Assembly: GCA_043822785.1 (NCBI GenBank)
Contig: JBDRBN010000026.1
Location: 1 to 63,125 of the forward strand
Length of the DNA: 63,125 nt
Reading direction: 5' to 3'
Origin: Pseudomonadota bacterium
GTDB lineage: Bacteria; UBA10199; 2-02-FULL-44-16; JAAZCA01
Made by a program: the position numbers and the translations under genes. Shown here one piece after another: positions 9,177 to 17,582 of this stretch. The notes beneath the pieces were generated by a model, which was not told where the DNA came from, did no database searches, and was given only the letters and a program-made list of their open reading frames with translations. How positions within the stretch are numbered: position 1 is the stretch's first letter; every line of letters starts with the position of its first letter.

Positions 9177-10382
9177 ATGATTAAAAAATATATTAAACGA
9201 AATTACTATCTCACTAAGATCAAACCATTCCTCGACAAGGACATTATCAAGGTCATTGTGGGGCAACGCAGGGTTGGAAAGAGCTATATGCTCTTTCAGA
9301 TTATGGATATGATCAAAGAGAAGCACAATGCAGCTGAGATCATTTATATCAACAAAGAGCTGCATGAATTTGAGCACATTCAAAATCATAAAGACCTCAT
9401 AAACCACATAGAAAAAACTGCTCCCAAGAAAAAAGCAAAAACCTACCTCTTTATAGATGAAATTCAGGACATACAGAATTTTGAAAAGGCGCTAAGAAGC
9501 CTCAAAGCGACCGGCAAATACGACATCTATTGCACCGGCAGCAACGCGACTCTTCTCTCAGGTGAACTGGCAACCTATCTGAGCGGCCGTTATGTGGAAA
9601 TAAAAGTTCACAGTCTTTCCTATCTTGAATTCCTCACCTTTCACAAACTCAAAGAAACTGAAGAGTCTTTTCTGAAATACATTAAATACGGCGGTTTGCC
9701 ATATCTTAAGCACCTAGAGCTCACAGACGAAGTTGTCTATGATTACTTGCGAAACGTTAATAACACGATTCTCTTCAAAGACATCATCGCCCGTTTTAAT
9801 ATCAGGAATGTTTCCTTTCTTGAACAGCTCGTGGATTACCTTGCAGACAATGTCGGCAGCATTGTGTCGGCAAAGAAAATCAGCGATTTTCTAAAGTCTC
9901 AGCGTATTAATATTTCTCCGAATGTTGTTCTGGATTACCTATCTCATCTGTGCTCCACTTTCTTTATTCACAAGGTGCAAAGGACCGACATTCGAGGCAA
10001 AAAGATCTTTGAGATAAATGACAAATATTATTTTGAGGACCTGGGGCTTCGCCACTCGATAATCCGTTATAAACAGACAGATATTAACAAGGTGCTTGAA
10101 AACATCATATATAACCACTTGGCCATTGCTGGTTATGATGTGATGGTCGGCCAGTTAGGAAGCAAAGAAATCGATTTTGTGTGCGAAAAGGGCGGCGAAC
10201 GCACATACATTCAGGTTGCCTACGTGATAACTGATGAAAACCGTGAGAGAGAGTTTGGAAACCTACTCGCCATACCAGATAATTATAGAAAAATCGTCAT
10301 TTCAACGGATTCACTTATTAGCGACACGAGTTTCAAAGGCGTGGAGCATGTAAATCTCAGGAGTTTTATAGGTTCTTTATAG
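9177..10382 (+). CDS. AAA+ ATPase with DUF4143-like C-terminal domain (COG1373-type)
   Basis: Walker A GQRRVGKS. Walker B LFIDEIQ. C-terminal EIDFV block, with the downstream E-x-K degenerated to IQVA. Confidence 0.8.
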   Translation: MIKKYIKRNYYLTKIKPFLDKDIIKVIVGQRRVGKSYMLFQIMDMIKEKHNAAEIIYINKELHEFEHIQNHKDLINHIEKTAPKKKAKTYLFIDEIQDIQNFEKALRSLKATGKYDIYCTGSNATLLSGELATYLSGRYVEIKVHSLSYLEFLTFHKLKETEESFLKYIKYGGLPYLKHLELTDEVVYDYLRNVNNTILFKDIIARFNIRNVSFLEQLVDYLADNVGSIVSAKKISDFLKSQRINISPNVVLDYLSHLCSTFFIHKVQRTDIRGKKIFEINDKYYFEDLGLRHSIIRYKQTDINKVLENIIYNHLAIAGYDVMVGQLGSKEIDFVCEKGGERTYIQVAYVITDENREREFGNLLAIPDNYRKIVISTDSLISDTSFKGVEHVNLRSFIGSL

Positions 10383-10390
10383 GGCGATGT

Positions 10391-10409
10391 CTCGCAAGAT
10401 GATTTTGTA
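10391..10409 (+). repeat. Right copy of the 19-bp direct repeat flanking ATPase cassette 1
   Basis: ctcgcaagatgattttgta, beginning 8 nt after the ATPase stop. Confidence 0.9.
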
Positions 10410-10489
10410 ATACCGAACTTGCAAAATCGAGTCGGTTGACAGAAATAAGCCTAAAATGAGACACTATCTTTGAATTGAGGTGCATACAC

Positions 10490-10729
10490 ATGGGGCTGGC
10501 AAAATATAAGACATTTGAGGATGCAAGAAAGAAGGATCTTGAAGATATCATCAAAAATAGCGTCAGTGCTTCGCGCTCCCAACAAAAAGAAAAAACATCT
10601 TCTGCAGCCAAACCTTTTGAGGCAAGTCATTATCCTAAAGGCATCTATCGCTTCAAATCATGGGAAGAAGCCAGAAATTCAGATCTTGAGCATATGATAC
10701 GTCATTCTATCAGGAGAAAGAGCGCATGA
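10490..10729 (+). CDS. Small protein with an internal duplication; putative partner of the downstream nucleotidyltransferase
   Basis: ATG follows GAGG. KYKTFEDARKKDLEDIIKNS and RFKSWEEARNSDLEHMIRHS are a duplicated segment. The stop overlaps the next start (ATGA). Confidence 0.5.
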   Translation: MGLAKYKTFEDARKKDLEDIIKNSVSASRSQQKEKTSSAAKPFEASHYPKGIYRFKSWEEARNSDLEHMIRHSIRRKSA

Positions 10730-11196
10730 TTCGTCTAGAGCAACTTCTCGATGTCTGCCAAAGGCTCAATGAAAGCGGAGTAAGTTATGTCCTGATCGGA
10801 GGATGGGCTATTTTCCTGCACGGCTATGAGCGCGCTACTCGCGATATCGACATCCTTGTAGATGATTCAGAAGATAACATTTCAGCCTTGAAAAAGGCTC
10901 TTAATGACCTGCTTCCAGAGGCCTGTGCAGAGCTGCAGGCTAATGATATACGCCAGAATGTGGTTGTCAGGATGGCGGGCGAGAATATCGTGCTCGATCT
11001 GATTAGAAACGTTGGCGATATGGATTTTGCCCGTATGAAAACTCATATAGAAAAACAAAAAATTAATGACGTGCTTATACCCTTTGCAGACCTGCCTGCT
11101 ATGCTCGATCTCAAGGGTGGCGTTCGCGATGTGGACCAGCGTGACTATCTGTTTTTGAAAGGAAAGATGGAGTATCTGCAAAGAGGCAAGAAGTGA
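10726..11196 (+). CDS. Nucleotidyltransferase-fold protein (MNT/AbiEii-like)
   Basis: LIGGWAIFLHGYERATRDIDILV matches the GG-x-A...HG...T-x-D-x-D NTase signature. Confidence 0.6.
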   Translation: MIRLEQLLDVCQRLNESGVSYVLIGGWAIFLHGYERATRDIDILVDDSEDNISALKKALNDLLPEACAELQANDIRQNVVVRMAGENIVLDLIRNVGDMDFARMKTHIEKQKINDVLIPFADLPAMLDLKGGVRDVDQRDYLFLKGKMEYLQRGKK

Positions 11197-11349
11197 AACC
11201 CGCTCGCGACTCATTCAGGCACTTTTGTATCTTGGTGGAACGGTATTGAGTTGAAGTTCCAAAATTCAGATTTTTATATTATTTCAGATATAAAAATCAT
11301 GGGGTTGTGTGTCGAGAAACGTCCCTTTGTTTTTCTTTCTCATTTTGGT

Positions 11350-13164
11350 TCATAAAAATGGCATGAATCTTCTGTTCTGCGATGAGGCGTGGATTGCGAG
11401 CGCAAGCCAGTCATCATCTTCCGTGTAAATAACCTTGAGCCTAAAGAGCTGGCGCAGCACCCTGCGGAGCTCTTTTTCAGGAATGTCCCTAAATCTTTCG
11501 CGCATCTCCTTGAAGCTTCGGATAGAGTCGCAGAAGAGATATAGCTCACGTGACCACCCGTCTAGACGATGACAACTATAAGAAGATCTAAAATCATTAA
11601 TTTCTATAGTCTTATCGTGATCCAAATAAAAAAGTAGAGGCATGCCTTCGGAAAGAGATTCTTCATAAACGGAGCTCCATCTTTTAATGTGCTTCTCAAG
11701 CGGGTGTTCCTTTTCTACCCCATTTCTTCCTTTAAATTTCTTATGCCAGAGTGAAAGATTAGAATATTTAGATGGAACGAGGTTCCCAAGTACACCTGCC
11801 TCGTTGATAGAGTGAATATGATATTTTCGTTGTTGTTGATGAACTAAAGATTGTTCTTGCAATTCAAAGAGCGTACATGACGGTGGATGGTAGGAAAGGC
11901 AATATTCAATGTTATTGATGCTTCTTTCAATATCCTTCCGAGATTCCAATGGATAACCTAATATTATATTCGAGGCATCGTAGCGAATTCCAAGTTCTTC
12001 ACAATGTTTCATTGTCTGATAATTATCAATTACCCTCAAACCTTTATTCATTTTTTTCAGAAGCGAAGAAGCAAGCGCTTCTATCCCAATAGTAACTCCA
12101 TCCACTCCTGATTTCTTCATAATTGAAAGAGTATCTTTTGGAATTCCAGCGCGTATTTCACAAAACAATTTGTAGTCGAGATGATGCTTGGAAAGAAGTG
12201 TAAATATTTTTCGTGCGTACCGGAAATCAACAAACCGATCGACAATAAATACTCTGTAGGTGCTATATTTCCGGCACACCCTTTCAATTGATTGTGAAAC
12301 TACCTTCACAGGCTTTACTCTGTATTTTTTAAAATAATTCCGATCACTACAGAAAGCACAATTATGAATACATCCTCTGCTCATTTCTACAGGGATGAAT
12401 GGGGATATTTCGGTTCCAGCTAACAAAGGACTATTTTCAATAAATGCAAAATATGAATCATAGTCAGGATCACCCATTTGTTTCATACTTCTAAGCTCAG
12501 TGCATTTATTGACTTGTATCCTACCATCCCTACGGTAAATTAGTCCTGGAATCTGACTCTCACTATTTTCATTCCAATCATTAGAAATGTTTAATAGTTT
12601 AAGATAAGGCTGTTCTCCTTCACCATCAATACACCAATCAACAAAATCAAAATGACGAAGGAGTGATTTTCCAAGATTTCCGGAACTACATTTACCACCT
12701 AGAACGACCTTTGTATTTCGATTATCCCTTTTAATCCATTTGGATAGAACCAATGCTGTAAACAACTGTTGGTAATCAACAGTAATACCAATCAGAGAAT
12801 ATTTTTTCTTTTTCAGCTGGCAATAATATTTCCAAAGTGCTGTCTTAAATTCACCACGAACAACCCTTCCTACGGAGGGTGATAGTAATCGATCAACATA
12901 CTTAATAAATTTAATATTATCTCTGAAAAGAAGGGAACCACTGATAGCGTCACCAAGATATTTATCCTGAAAGACAATCTGATTATATAATTCTAATCCA
13001 AGAATCGAAGCAATTTCCAAATGGAGATGATGCGTTTCTATCGGATGCCCATGCTGATTTGCAAAAGCTGACAAACAACCAATTGCAAGCGATGGTCTCT
13101 GGTAGTCCGCCCACGGCGGTGATATTAAGAGTGCTCGTTTTTTTTCATGTAATAAATTGACCAT
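11350..13164 (-). CDS. B12-binding-domain radical SAM enzyme, paralog 1 (RiPP-maturase-like)
   Basis: SRGCIHNCAFC CxxxCxxC. N-terminal Rossmann/B12-like region (VVLGGKCSSG). C-terminal module ...LRRVLRQLFRLKVIYTEDDDWLALAIHASSQNRRFMPFL is shared with paralogs 2 and 3. Confidence 0.85.
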   Translation of the reverse strand: MVNLLHEKKRALLISPPWADYQRPSLAIGCLSAFANQHGHPIETHHLHLEIASILGLELYNQIVFQDKYLGDAISGSLLFRDNIKFIKYVDRLLSPSVGRVVRGEFKTALWKYYCQLKKKKYSLIGITVDYQQLFTALVLSKWIKRDNRNTKVVLGGKCSSGNLGKSLLRHFDFVDWCIDGEGEQPYLKLLNISNDWNENSESQIPGLIYRRDGRIQVNKCTELRSMKQMGDPDYDSYFAFIENSPLLAGTEISPFIPVEMSRGCIHNCAFCSDRNYFKKYRVKPVKVVSQSIERVCRKYSTYRVFIVDRFVDFRYARKIFTLLSKHHLDYKLFCEIRAGIPKDTLSIMKKSGVDGVTIGIEALASSLLKKMNKGLRVIDNYQTMKHCEELGIRYDASNIILGYPLESRKDIERSINNIEYCLSYHPPSCTLFELQEQSLVHQQQRKYHIHSINEAGVLGNLVPSKYSNLSLWHKKFKGRNGVEKEHPLEKHIKRWSSVYEESLSEGMPLLFYLDHDKTIEINDFRSSYSCHRLDGWSRELYLFCDSIRSFKEMRERFRDIPEKELRRVLRQLFRLKVIYTEDDDWLALAIHASSQNRRFMPFL

Positions 13165-13281
13165 GTTCCATATTAATCAATTTGTAGATCATATATGACA
13201 TATTCTAATTTGATTTGATTGACACTTTAGGAAGGAATACCGTAGGTGCCCCGCGCTTTCTCTCGAAATTGAGTACGATTG

Positions 13282-13382
13282 ATCTTACCCCAAGAACTAG
13301 CACACGACAAAGTTGAGTCCCTTTGGAGTTATCCCACCGAAGGGACTCAACATCAAACCATCTTAGTTTCCTGGGGTAAGAT
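13282..13382 (-). promoter_or_regulatory. Nested stem-loop between the precursor-like ORF P1 and radical SAM paralog 1
   Basis: Outer 11-bp arms atcttacccca (13282-13292) and tggggtaagat (13372-13382). Inner 12-bp arms gttgagtccctt (13312-13323) and aagggactcaac (13340-13351). Confidence 0.6.
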
Positions 13383-13386
13383 TACA

Positions 13387-13542
13387 TTATTTTTTTCTTG
13401 CGAGACCGCTACCGCCAATTTCCTTTATCTTCTGAATGCCACCAATTTCCTTTATCTTCCGAACATTTAATGCGGATTTTGGAGTTCTAGCAGTGTAGCT
13501 TTTGGTTCTTGCCGAACTACTGGTCTTCTTTATCTGTGCCAT
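13387..13542 (-). CDS. Small ultra-basic peptide P1 (51 aa), candidate precursor peptide
   Basis: Hand translation: MAQIKKTSSSARTKSYTARTPKSALNVRKIKEIGGIQKIKEIGGSGLARKK. GAGGAG SD lies 7 nt upstream. Same strand as, and upstream of, radical SAM 1. Not in the ORF track. Confidence 0.6.
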   Translation of the reverse strand: MAQIKKTSSSARTKSYTARTPKSALNVRKIKEIGGIQKIKEIGGSGLARKK

Positions 13543-13606
13543 AGATAATCTCCTCTCTTATTGTCTTTAATTTACTTCTTTATTAAGAATACATTGAAAG
13601 AATAGT

Positions 13607-14701
13607 GTGTTGCAAGTTATAAACAAAGATACTATGAATACGCTTAATATAATCCTGCAGCGTTGGCAAGAGTATCTACGCAAAAAAAATAAGAAAGATT
13701 ACATAACTGCTTATATTCATATTCCATTCTGTTCCAGAAGATGCCGCTATTGTGATTTTCCCTCACGAGTAATAAAAAGTTCGAATGACATCGATGGATA
13801 TCTAGACTTTCTTCAGAAAGAAATGTCTTTGTTAGCGCCCCTTTTTAAGGGGCACTCTATTTCCGGTCTATATATCGGGGGTGGCTCGCCTTCAATATTG
13901 GAACTTCATCAGATGAAACGATTGTTTAAAATGATCGGAAGTTGTTTTGAGTTAGATCTTGATGATCAAAATATGTTCACGATCGAAATTAATCCGATTC
14001 ACTTAAATGAAGATAAAATTGACTTAATATCCTCGTCGATCGTTAACCGCGTAAGTTTGGGAATTCAATCACTTGATTCTAATGTTTTAGCAATAGAAGG
14101 AAGAGAATGCTTACCAATGGATAGAATGTTTTATTTACTCAGCCATTTGATGACTAAGATGAGGCATAAAGGTTGTAGGATCAACACTGATCTCATATTC
14201 GGATTGAATCAACAATCATTGAAGATCTTTCGTAATGACTTTTCGCGACTTGTTCAATGGGATATTCCTCGCATTACAATTTATCCTTGCAGACGAAATT
14301 ATGATAATGGTTGGAACCAGGCATTTAAGAGAAGAGTTGTAGCAACTGTGAAATCTATTCATGAAAGCTTTCCCAACTATGATTTAATTCAATCAATGGG
14401 TCATTTTAAGGGAATTAACCATTTTGAACCCGAGTACAATTTCATTAATAAAAACTATAATCACTGCTATAAAAAGAGATACCAGGATTTTCCCTTTATT
14501 CATAATAGCAATATCGGATTTGGTTATTATGCAGATTCCTTTATTCATCCAGGACGATGCTACTACCGGAGAACTAGAAGGGAATACATTATATTGCATG
14601 ATAAAGAATCGGGAATTGTTAATCCATGGCTAGACAAGTATTTTATTAATGCCGAGATGTGTAGAAAAGCAAAAATCAGCGCTGATAATATCCCCTATTG
14701 A
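13607..14701 (+). CDS. HemN-like (class C) radical SAM enzyme
   Basis: YIHIPFCSRRCRYCDF and LYIGGGSPS motifs of the HemN/coproporphyrinogen-oxidase-like family. Divergent from the P1/radical SAM 1 pair. Confidence 0.8.
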   Translation: MLQVINKDTMNTLNIILQRWQEYLRKKNKKDYITAYIHIPFCSRRCRYCDFPSRVIKSSNDIDGYLDFLQKEMSLLAPLFKGHSISGLYIGGGSPSILELHQMKRLFKMIGSCFELDLDDQNMFTIEINPIHLNEDKIDLISSSIVNRVSLGIQSLDSNVLAIEGRECLPMDRMFYLLSHLMTKMRHKGCRINTDLIFGLNQQSLKIFRNDFSRLVQWDIPRITIYPCRRNYDNGWNQAFKRRVVATVKSIHESFPNYDLIQSMGHFKGINHFEPEYNFINKNYNHCYKKRYQDFPFIHNSNIGFGYYADSFIHPGRCYYRRTRREYIILHDKESGIVNPWLDKYFINAEMCRKAKISADNIPY

Positions 14702-14989
14702 TTCTATTCACTATAAATCTGCAAATATTGCTACTCATATGGTTACGACCTGTAGTGCCCCCGGTAAGTCGAGACAATAATTTGGCTGAATGTAGCAGGG
14801 GTTTCGAGTCATCAGACAGCTTGTCTCCGTATGTGTGATCTCGACAAGTTGAGGGATACCATATCCTTCATTGCATCGAGATCGTCGTTCATATCGAATC
14901 CTCGTTTGCCGTTTTTCTTCTCACTCATGCAGCGGCCTTCATGGTGTTCAAGAACGCCTCCTAAACGATAGTGTCCGACACCTTTTTTT

Positions 14990-15160
14990 AAGAGTTTTGA
15001 TGAAATCAAAAAGCGCCTTCCTGATGTGAGCGATAAGGAGCTTAAGAGAACGCTCAATAAGCTTTTCAAGCTCAAGGTCATGTTTAAGGAAGGAAACGAC
15101 TGGCTCTCACTCGCAATCCACGCCTCACCAGAAAACCGCCGGCATATGCCGTTTCTATAA
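14990..15160 (+). pseudogene. Orphan 3' fragment (last 56 codons) of a radical SAM paralog
   Basis: Translates to KSFDEIKKRLPDVSDKELKRTLNKLFKLKVMFKEGNDWLSLAIHASPENRRHMPFL*. Nearly identical at DNA level to 17287-17457. No upstream gene body. Confidence 0.85.
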
Positions 15161-15295
15161 TAACATGCCCATGCCCCTGCCCCTGCCCGTTATCGAGAAT
15201 GTAGGACAAGCGAAATCCTGATCCCTTTTGCATTGAAATTTACGCTATTCCACGATATACAGCATGTCACTCACTTTCGATGGAAGGAGCCATTT

Positions 15296-15442
15296 ATGCC
15301 AAGGGGTCAAAAAAAATTTTTAAAACCTATACTCAAAATATCTGAAAAACCAAGAGGCCAAGGTAACAAACCACCAAGTAAACAAGGAAAAAAACCAGCT
15401 CCTGGTGGTGGAAAGAAAAGACGAGTCTCGCATCTTGTCTAA
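15296..15442 (+). CDS. Small ultra-basic peptide P2a (48 aa), candidate precursor peptide
   Basis: MPRGQKKFLKPILKISEKPRGQGNKPPSKQGKKPAPGGGKKRRVSHLV. GGAAGGAG SD upstream. The track shows a longer ORF from 15233. Confidence 0.6.
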   Translation: MPRGQKKFLKPILKISEKPRGQGNKPPSKQGKKPAPGGGKKRRVSHLV

Positions 15443-15505
15443 AAAAGCTCGCAGGACACTCAATCAACTCTTCAAGCGTCATTCACGCAATGAAAGGGGT
15501 CATTT

Positions 15506-15649
15506 ATGGTAAGAAAAAGAAATACATATTCAGCATCTACAGTCAAAAGCGTATCAAAAAAAACGGGTCGCACACGAGTTAAAGTGAAAACAAAAGGCTT
15601 ACGCACCCCTGTTGGTGTTAAGAAAAAACGAGTCGCGTATCCTGTCTAA
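15506..15649 (+). CDS. Small ultra-basic peptide P2b (47 aa), candidate precursor peptide
   Basis: Hand translation: MVRKRNTYSASTVKSVSKKTGRTRVKVKTKGLRTPVGVKKKRVAYPV. GAAAGGGG SD upstream. The stop is 11 nt before the radical SAM 2 start. Not in the ORF track. Confidence 0.6.
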   Translation: MVRKRNTYSASTVKSVSKKTGRTRVKVKTKGLRTPVGVKKKRVAYPV

Positions 15650-15660
15650 AAAGAACTCGA

Positions 15661-17388
15661 ATGAGCGCTCCCAAGTTTCTTCTTGTATCTCTACCCTGGG
15701 CCACATATCAGGGGCCCAGCCTTCCTATAGGCACGCTCGCAGCATACGCCCAAAACAAAGGATTCGACGTTGAGGCAAAACACCTTCATCTAAAAGCTGC
15801 GGCTCTTTTTGGACTAGAAATTTACGATCACTATTCCTATCACACTTTTGTTGGAGATGCCATTTCTGCCGCAATACTCTTTCCGGAAAAAGAAAAAGAG
15901 CTCGTTGAATATTGCGAATGCTGCGTCAAAGGGGCAAAGAGCCATCTCATCGATCTCAAGCATGCACTAAAAAGAATCTATGAAGAAGTGGATTGGGCTA
16001 AATACGATGTGGTAGGCTTCACCACTAGCTACCGTCAGATCTTTACCTCGCTCATCATAGCCAAATGGATAAAGCGCGACTATCCAGAAGTTAGAATTAT
16101 CCTGGGAGGACGCTTAGTGAGCGGAGCACAGGGTCATTCGATAATAAAACTCTTTCCACAGATCGATTATTGCGTGGATGGAGAAGGCGAGATAGCACTT
16201 GTATCTCTTTTAGATGAGATGAGGCATGCAAATGCCGATTTTGAAGCCAAGGTGCCTGGACTCATATACCGCAAGGAAGAAGAAATTTATGCAAATCCTA
16301 GGCAGCATCTCGAAAGCCTCGAGGACATGCCTGATCCGGATTACAGACATTACTATAAAACAATTGATAAACATCCATCTCTAAAGAATAGCGCATTGCC
16401 ACTCTATCTCCCGATAGAGGCAAGCCGTGGATGCAACTATAGGTGTGCCTTTTGTTCCCACAATATATTCTATGGCAACAACCGCAATCGACCGCCAAAG
16501 GAAGTTGCATCCTCAATCCAGCGTTTGACCGACCTCTATCGAATATCCTCTATTATTTTTATGGATCTGACCGTCCAGCCCGAGCATTCTGAAAAGCTGT
16601 TTGCGCACATTGCTGCGCAAAAACGCGATTACAAAATCTTCTGCGAAATGCGCGCCAATATATCCAAGGAAGTGCTCTTGATGATGAAGCAAGCTGGCTT
16701 AAGTGCGGTGCAGGTCGGGATAGAGGCGCTAGACACTCGCCTTCTTAAAAAAATAAATAAAGGAACTAGGCTTATAGATAATCTTCAAATCATGAAATTC
16801 TGTGAGGAGCTGGGAATTGGTTTAGATTATAATCTCATCTTGGGCTTTCCTACTGAAACCCAGACAGATATCGAGCGGTCCATTCAAGCCATCGAGTATG
16901 CCTCATCCTTTCCGCCTCCGTTAACGCTTATAAACTTCACACTCATTGATGGCTCTCCTGTTTTTTGCTCGCCACAGAAGTATGGCATCTATAAAAATGA
17001 CGATTGCTCAGAACTCTCATCCAGATTACCACGACATATCACTGCTGAAATGAAGCTGCTTTATAAAACTTATAAATCCAAGTATAAACCACGAGACTAT
17101 TCTAGACTGAACAGAAGGGTAGAGCGCTGGAGAAAACTATATAAGGAGGCAAGGAAAGAAGGCTGCCCTCTTTTTTACTATGTGGACTTCAATAGCTTTC
17201 TAAATATCGAAGATTACAGAACGGGTGTGGATTCCATCACCCTTGATAGCTGGGCACGCGAACTTTACCTCTTCTGTGACTCTATAAAGAGTTTTGACGA
17301 AATCAAAAGACGATTTCCTGATGTGAGCGATAAGGAGCTTAAGAGAACGCTCAATAAGCTTTTCAAGCTCAAGGTCATGTTTAAGTAA
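15661..17388 (+). CDS. B12-binding-domain radical SAM enzyme, paralog 2; C-terminal tail cut off by a TAA
   Basis: SRGCNYRCAFC motif. Ends ...KLKVMFK*. The 22 in-frame codons after the stop (17389-17457) encode GNDWLSLAIHASPENRRHMPFL. Confidence 0.85.
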   Translation: MSAPKFLLVSLPWATYQGPSLPIGTLAAYAQNKGFDVEAKHLHLKAAALFGLEIYDHYSYHTFVGDAISAAILFPEKEKELVEYCECCVKGAKSHLIDLKHALKRIYEEVDWAKYDVVGFTTSYRQIFTSLIIAKWIKRDYPEVRIILGGRLVSGAQGHSIIKLFPQIDYCVDGEGEIALVSLLDEMRHANADFEAKVPGLIYRKEEEIYANPRQHLESLEDMPDPDYRHYYKTIDKHPSLKNSALPLYLPIEASRGCNYRCAFCSHNIFYGNNRNRPPKEVASSIQRLTDLYRISSIIFMDLTVQPEHSEKLFAHIAAQKRDYKIFCEMRANISKEVLLMMKQAGLSAVQVGIEALDTRLLKKINKGTRLIDNLQIMKFCEELGIGLDYNLILGFPTETQTDIERSIQAIEYASSFPPPLTLINFTLIDGSPVFCSPQKYGIYKNDDCSELSSRLPRHITAEMKLLYKTYKSKYKPRDYSRLNRRVERWRKLYKEARKEGCPLFYYVDFNSFLNIEDYRTGVDSITLDSWARELYLFCDSIKSFDEIKRRFPDVSDKELKRTLNKLFKLKVMFK

Positions 17389-17582
17389 GGAAACGACTGG
17401 CTCTCACTCGCAATCCACGCCTCACCAGAAAACCGCCGGCATATGCCGTTTCTATAATAACATGCCCATGCCCCTGCCCCGTTACCGAATATATCTATAT
17501 TTTACAAGAAGTTAATTGATTCAAAATTCCTGACAACACTTTTAGACTTGCTAACGTTTATAACGTTAAGTATACTAACGTT

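Noticed and set aside
14812-15081. 89-aa minus-strand ORF (with an internal MSEKKNGKRGFDMNDDLDAMKDM... start)
   Set aside because: Its 5' half is antisense to the orphan radical SAM tail fragment, which is clearly homologous to a plus-strand coding sequence. The remaining short part has no convincing SD or recognisable motif. It is left unannotated, although a small gene in 14812-14928 cannot be excluded.
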